Shown piece after piece: positions 62,072-64,000 of a DNA stretch of 64,000 nt. This stretch comes from Terriglobia bacterium. Lineage in GTDB: Bacteria > Acidobacteriota > Terriglobia > JAJPHL01. Made by a program: the position numbers and the translations under genes. Location: assembly GCA_021325275.1 (NCBI GenBank), contig JAJPHL010000075.1, positions 16,310 to 80,309 of the forward strand, read 5' to 3'. How positions within the stretch are numbered: the stretch's first letter is position 1; each line of letters begins with the position of its first letter. Under the pieces are notes generated by a model. The model was not told the DNA's origin. It did not search any database and saw nothing but the letters and a program-made list of their open reading frames with translations.

Positions 62072-62674
62072 GTGCGCGCTGTTCTCGAAAGCAAGTGGAC
62101 GAAAGCGTTGGTGTTTCTCACGTGCCTCGTGCCGCTCGGGGAATTGGTGTGGCGTGAGTATCGCCAGGATCTGGGCGCCAAGCCTGTCGAATACATCACG
62201 CATCAAACCGGAATCTGGACGCTGCGTTTTCTCGCGATGACGCTGGCGGCCACGCCCGTGCGGCGGATCTTCGGTGTGCCCGAGTTGATTCGATACCGGC
62301 GGATGTTGGGTCTCTACGCGTTTTTCTACGGCTACATGCATCTCATGACCTACGTCTGGCTCGACAAGCTTTTCGATTTCGGTGAAATGTGGCGCGACAT
62401 TTGGAAGCGTCCGTTCATTATTGCCGGCCTCACCGCGTTTGTGTTGATGATTCCCTTGGCGCTGACCTCGACATCGTGGGCGATCGGCAAACTCGGCGGA
62501 CGGCGTTGGCGGATGCTGCATCGATTAGTCTATGCGAGCGCGGCGGCCGGCGTGCTTCATTACGTGTGGCTGGTGAAATCAGACGTGCGCGCGCCGCTGA
62601 CGTACGCCGCGCTGTTCACGGCATTGTTTCTGTTGCGGGCACGTCGTGAGGTGAAAAATGACGAGGCCGCTTGA
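62072..62674 (+). CDS. msrQ: MsrQ/YedZ-type ferric-reductase-like haem b membrane subunit
   Basis: 200 aa. About 5-6 TM segments, conserved His positions (TGIWTLRFL, LYAFFYGYMHLMTY, LHYVWLVK). No msrP next to it. Confidence 0.8.
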   Translation: MRAVLESKWTKALVFLTCLVPLGELVWREYRQDLGAKPVEYITHQTGIWTLRFLAMTLAATPVRRIFGVPELIRYRRMLGLYAFFYGYMHLMTYVWLDKLFDFGEMWRDIWKRPFIIAGLTAFVLMIPLALTSTSWAIGKLGGRRWRMLHRLVYASAAAGVLHYVWLVKSDVRAPLTYAALFTALFLLRARREVKNDEAA

Positions 62675-63572
62675 GTGCCTGGTGATCGCCGACGATCTTA
62701 CGGGCGCATGCGACGCGGCCGTGCATTTCGCGATGCGTGGGTATCGGACGATTGCATCAACCACGGCCGCGCTGCCAGACGACGCGAAGTTCATCGCGAT
62801 TAACGCCGAGACGCGAGGGTTGGCCCCAGCAGAGGCGGAAGCCCGGATCCGCGAGGTTGCGGCGGCGGCGCCTCGAACCCGCGTTTTGTTCAAGAAAATC
62901 GACTCCGTGTTGCGGGGTCATCCGGAGAGGGAGACGGCGGCGGCGCTCGAGGCTTTCGGGTGCGACGTCGCGTTGTTCACGCCGGCGTTTCCCGCGCTTG
63001 GCCGCACCGTGCGCGATGGATGGCTCTATGTGGATGGCGAACGCTGTGTGGAAGTATCGCAGTGCGTGAAGGACGCGCGGATCATTTCCCTCGACGCATC
63101 GGATGATGCCGATCTTGACGCGATTGTCGCTGCAGGACTCGCGCGGCGCGAGCGCGTGTTGTGGGCCGGCTCGGGCGGATTGGCGTCGGCACTGGCGCGA
63201 GCATTGCCTCGCGGCGCATTCGCCGCGCCGGGCGCTTCCGCCGGCCCCGTGCAATTCTGCATTGGCTCCGATCATCCGGTGATGGTCGCGCAACTCGATC
63301 GCCTGCGCGCTGAGCGGCCGGACGCGCGCATTTTGGCCGTTCCCACGAGCGACGCAGCCGCCGTCTTTCTTTGCGGTGGTGACACCGCGTCGGCGGTTTG
63401 CCAAACGATCGGCGCAACGGCGATTGACTTGTGCGGCGAAATCGCGCCGGGAATTCCGCGCGGCATCTTGCGGGGCGGGGCATTCGAGGGCCGCGGCGTC
63501 GTGACGAAGTCGGGAGGCTTTGGCGATGCCGATGCGCTGCTAAAAGTAGTGGACTGCTTTAATCGCGAATGA
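62658..63572 (+). CDS. Four-carbon acid sugar kinase family protein (DUF1537/YgbK-like), compact version
   Basis: 304 aa. N-terminal LVIADDLTGACDAA, KKIDSVLRG. C-terminal nucleotide-binding signature CGGDTASAV...EIAPGIPRG...VVTKSGGFG. Overlaps msrQ by 17 nt. Confidence 0.8.
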   Translation: MTRPLECLVIADDLTGACDAAVHFAMRGYRTIASTTAALPDDAKFIAINAETRGLAPAEAEARIREVAAAAPRTRVLFKKIDSVLRGHPERETAAALEAFGCDVALFTPAFPALGRTVRDGWLYVDGERCVEVSQCVKDARIISLDASDDADLDAIVAAGLARRERVLWAGSGGLASALARALPRGAFAAPGASAGPVQFCIGSDHPVMVAQLDRLRAERPDARILAVPTSDAAAVFLCGGDTASAVCQTIGATAIDLCGEIAPGIPRGILRGGAFEGRGVVTKSGGFGDADALLKVVDCFNRE

Positions 63573-63596
63573 CTCGACAGGCAAGGATGACTGGTC

Positions 63597-64000
63597 CTAC
63601 TGCGCCGCGCCCAACTCTTTCGTAAGCACCGCGGCCAGCGCGTCGACGTGACGTTTCACCATGCTCGACTCTTCCGCTTCCACCATGATGCGCACCAGAT
63701 GCTCGGTGCCGCTGTAGCGCACCAGCACGCGTCCGCGCTCGCCGAGGTCGCGTTCGCTCGATTCGATCGCCGCCGTTACCGCGGGCAGCGTGGAGAGCGG
63801 CGGTTTCGATTTCACCTTGAGATTGCGAATCTCCTGCGGATACGTCTTCATGCCATGCGCCAGTTCGGCGAGCGGCTGTCCGCTTTCCGCCACGATCTCG
63901 GCGACGCGCAACGCGGTCAGCAAACCATCGCCGGTCGACTGCTGGTCGGAAAAAATCACGTGACCGGATTGCTCGCCGCCCAGATTCGAGCCGCTGCGCA
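63597..64000 (-). CDS. glmM: Phosphoglucosamine mutase, C-terminal part (the 5' end lies beyond the window)
   Basis: My translation at the right edge gives ...GSNLGGEQSGHVIFSDQQSTGDGLLTAL... (the GGEQSGH phosphohexomutase motif), then the C-terminal domain RVLVRYSGTEHLVRIMVEA. Confidence 0.9.
   Translation of the reverse strand, partial: RSGSNLGGEQSGHVIFSDQQSTGDGLLTALRVAEIVAESGQPLAELAHGMKTYPQEIRNLKVKSKPPLSTLPAVTAAIESSERDLGERGRVLVRYSGTEHLVRIMVEAEESSMVKRHVDALAAVLTKELGAAQ

Noticed and set aside
1-64000. Search by eye for tRNA, rRNA, tmRNA, RNase P or riboswitch-like elements in all intergenic regions longer than 60 nt (331-434, 3104-4204, 7133-7555, 8684-9097, 36538-36758, 38082-38165, 42160-42267, 46127-46198, 57603-57637).
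   Set aside because: Nothing resembling a cloverleaf or a conserved riboswitch core was recognised. Absence cannot be proven without covariance-model scans (tRNAscan-SE, Infernal/Rfam).

Overview
This is a high-GC bacterial chromosome segment, most likely from an Acidobacteriota-type genome. Supporting signs are two ADOP-type 'duplicated orphan permeases', a VWFA-related secreted protein, many secreted glycoside hydrolases, and REP-like hairpins that translate to ...ARLKPCPDTK.... No database search was possible, so every family call rests on motifs read directly from the ORF-track translations and my own translations.

Layout:
- 1-4200: a visibly lower-GC accessory stretch. It holds a truncated secreted protein, an 889-aa tailspike/tail-fibre-like beta-helix protein, a perfect tetranucleotide microsatellite at that gene's 5' end, and nested palindromic repeats.
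- 4205-8683: pilT, a YpdA-like flavoprotein, a small ORF, an orphan nuoI-like ferredoxin, a MITE-like repeat block and a secreted alpha/beta hydrolase.
- 8958-25883: a complete, tightly packed dcw cell-division/cell-wall cluster in the order mraZ-rsmH-ftsL-ftsI-murE-murF-mraY-murD-[insert]-ftsW-murG-murC-ftsQ-ftsA-ftsZ. There is no murB or ddl. A GH20 hexosaminidase is start/stop-overlapped with ftsZ.
- 27984-46126: transporters (lactate permease, ADOP permease, DAACS symporter), secreted hydrolases and a LacI-controlled rhamnosidase-like/fucosidase locus.
- 46133-47122: a small low-GC islet (LMW phosphatase plus a HEPN/DUF4145-like protein).
- 47123-64000: mbfA, lhr, a TPR/GT-C protein, aroC, a BioF-like enzyme, a second ADOP permease, DUF4412, msrQ, a compact four-carbon acid sugar kinase and the 3' part of glmM.

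No tRNA, rRNA or CRISPR array was seen.

Most interesting observations:
1. A (TTCG)7 tract lies between an SD+ATG and the tailspike-like ORF, exactly one repeat unit out of frame. This is a candidate phase-variation switch.
2. A PD-(D/E)XK 'GxxExxY' nuclease gene is bracketed by 35-bp inverted repeats made of ACACARAG units and sits inside the dcw operon between murD and ftsW. A related cargo-less 91-nt palindrome lies at 27882-27972, and a different long hairpin lies between ftsL and ftsI. Together these suggest a REPtron-like nuclease/hairpin-repeat system.
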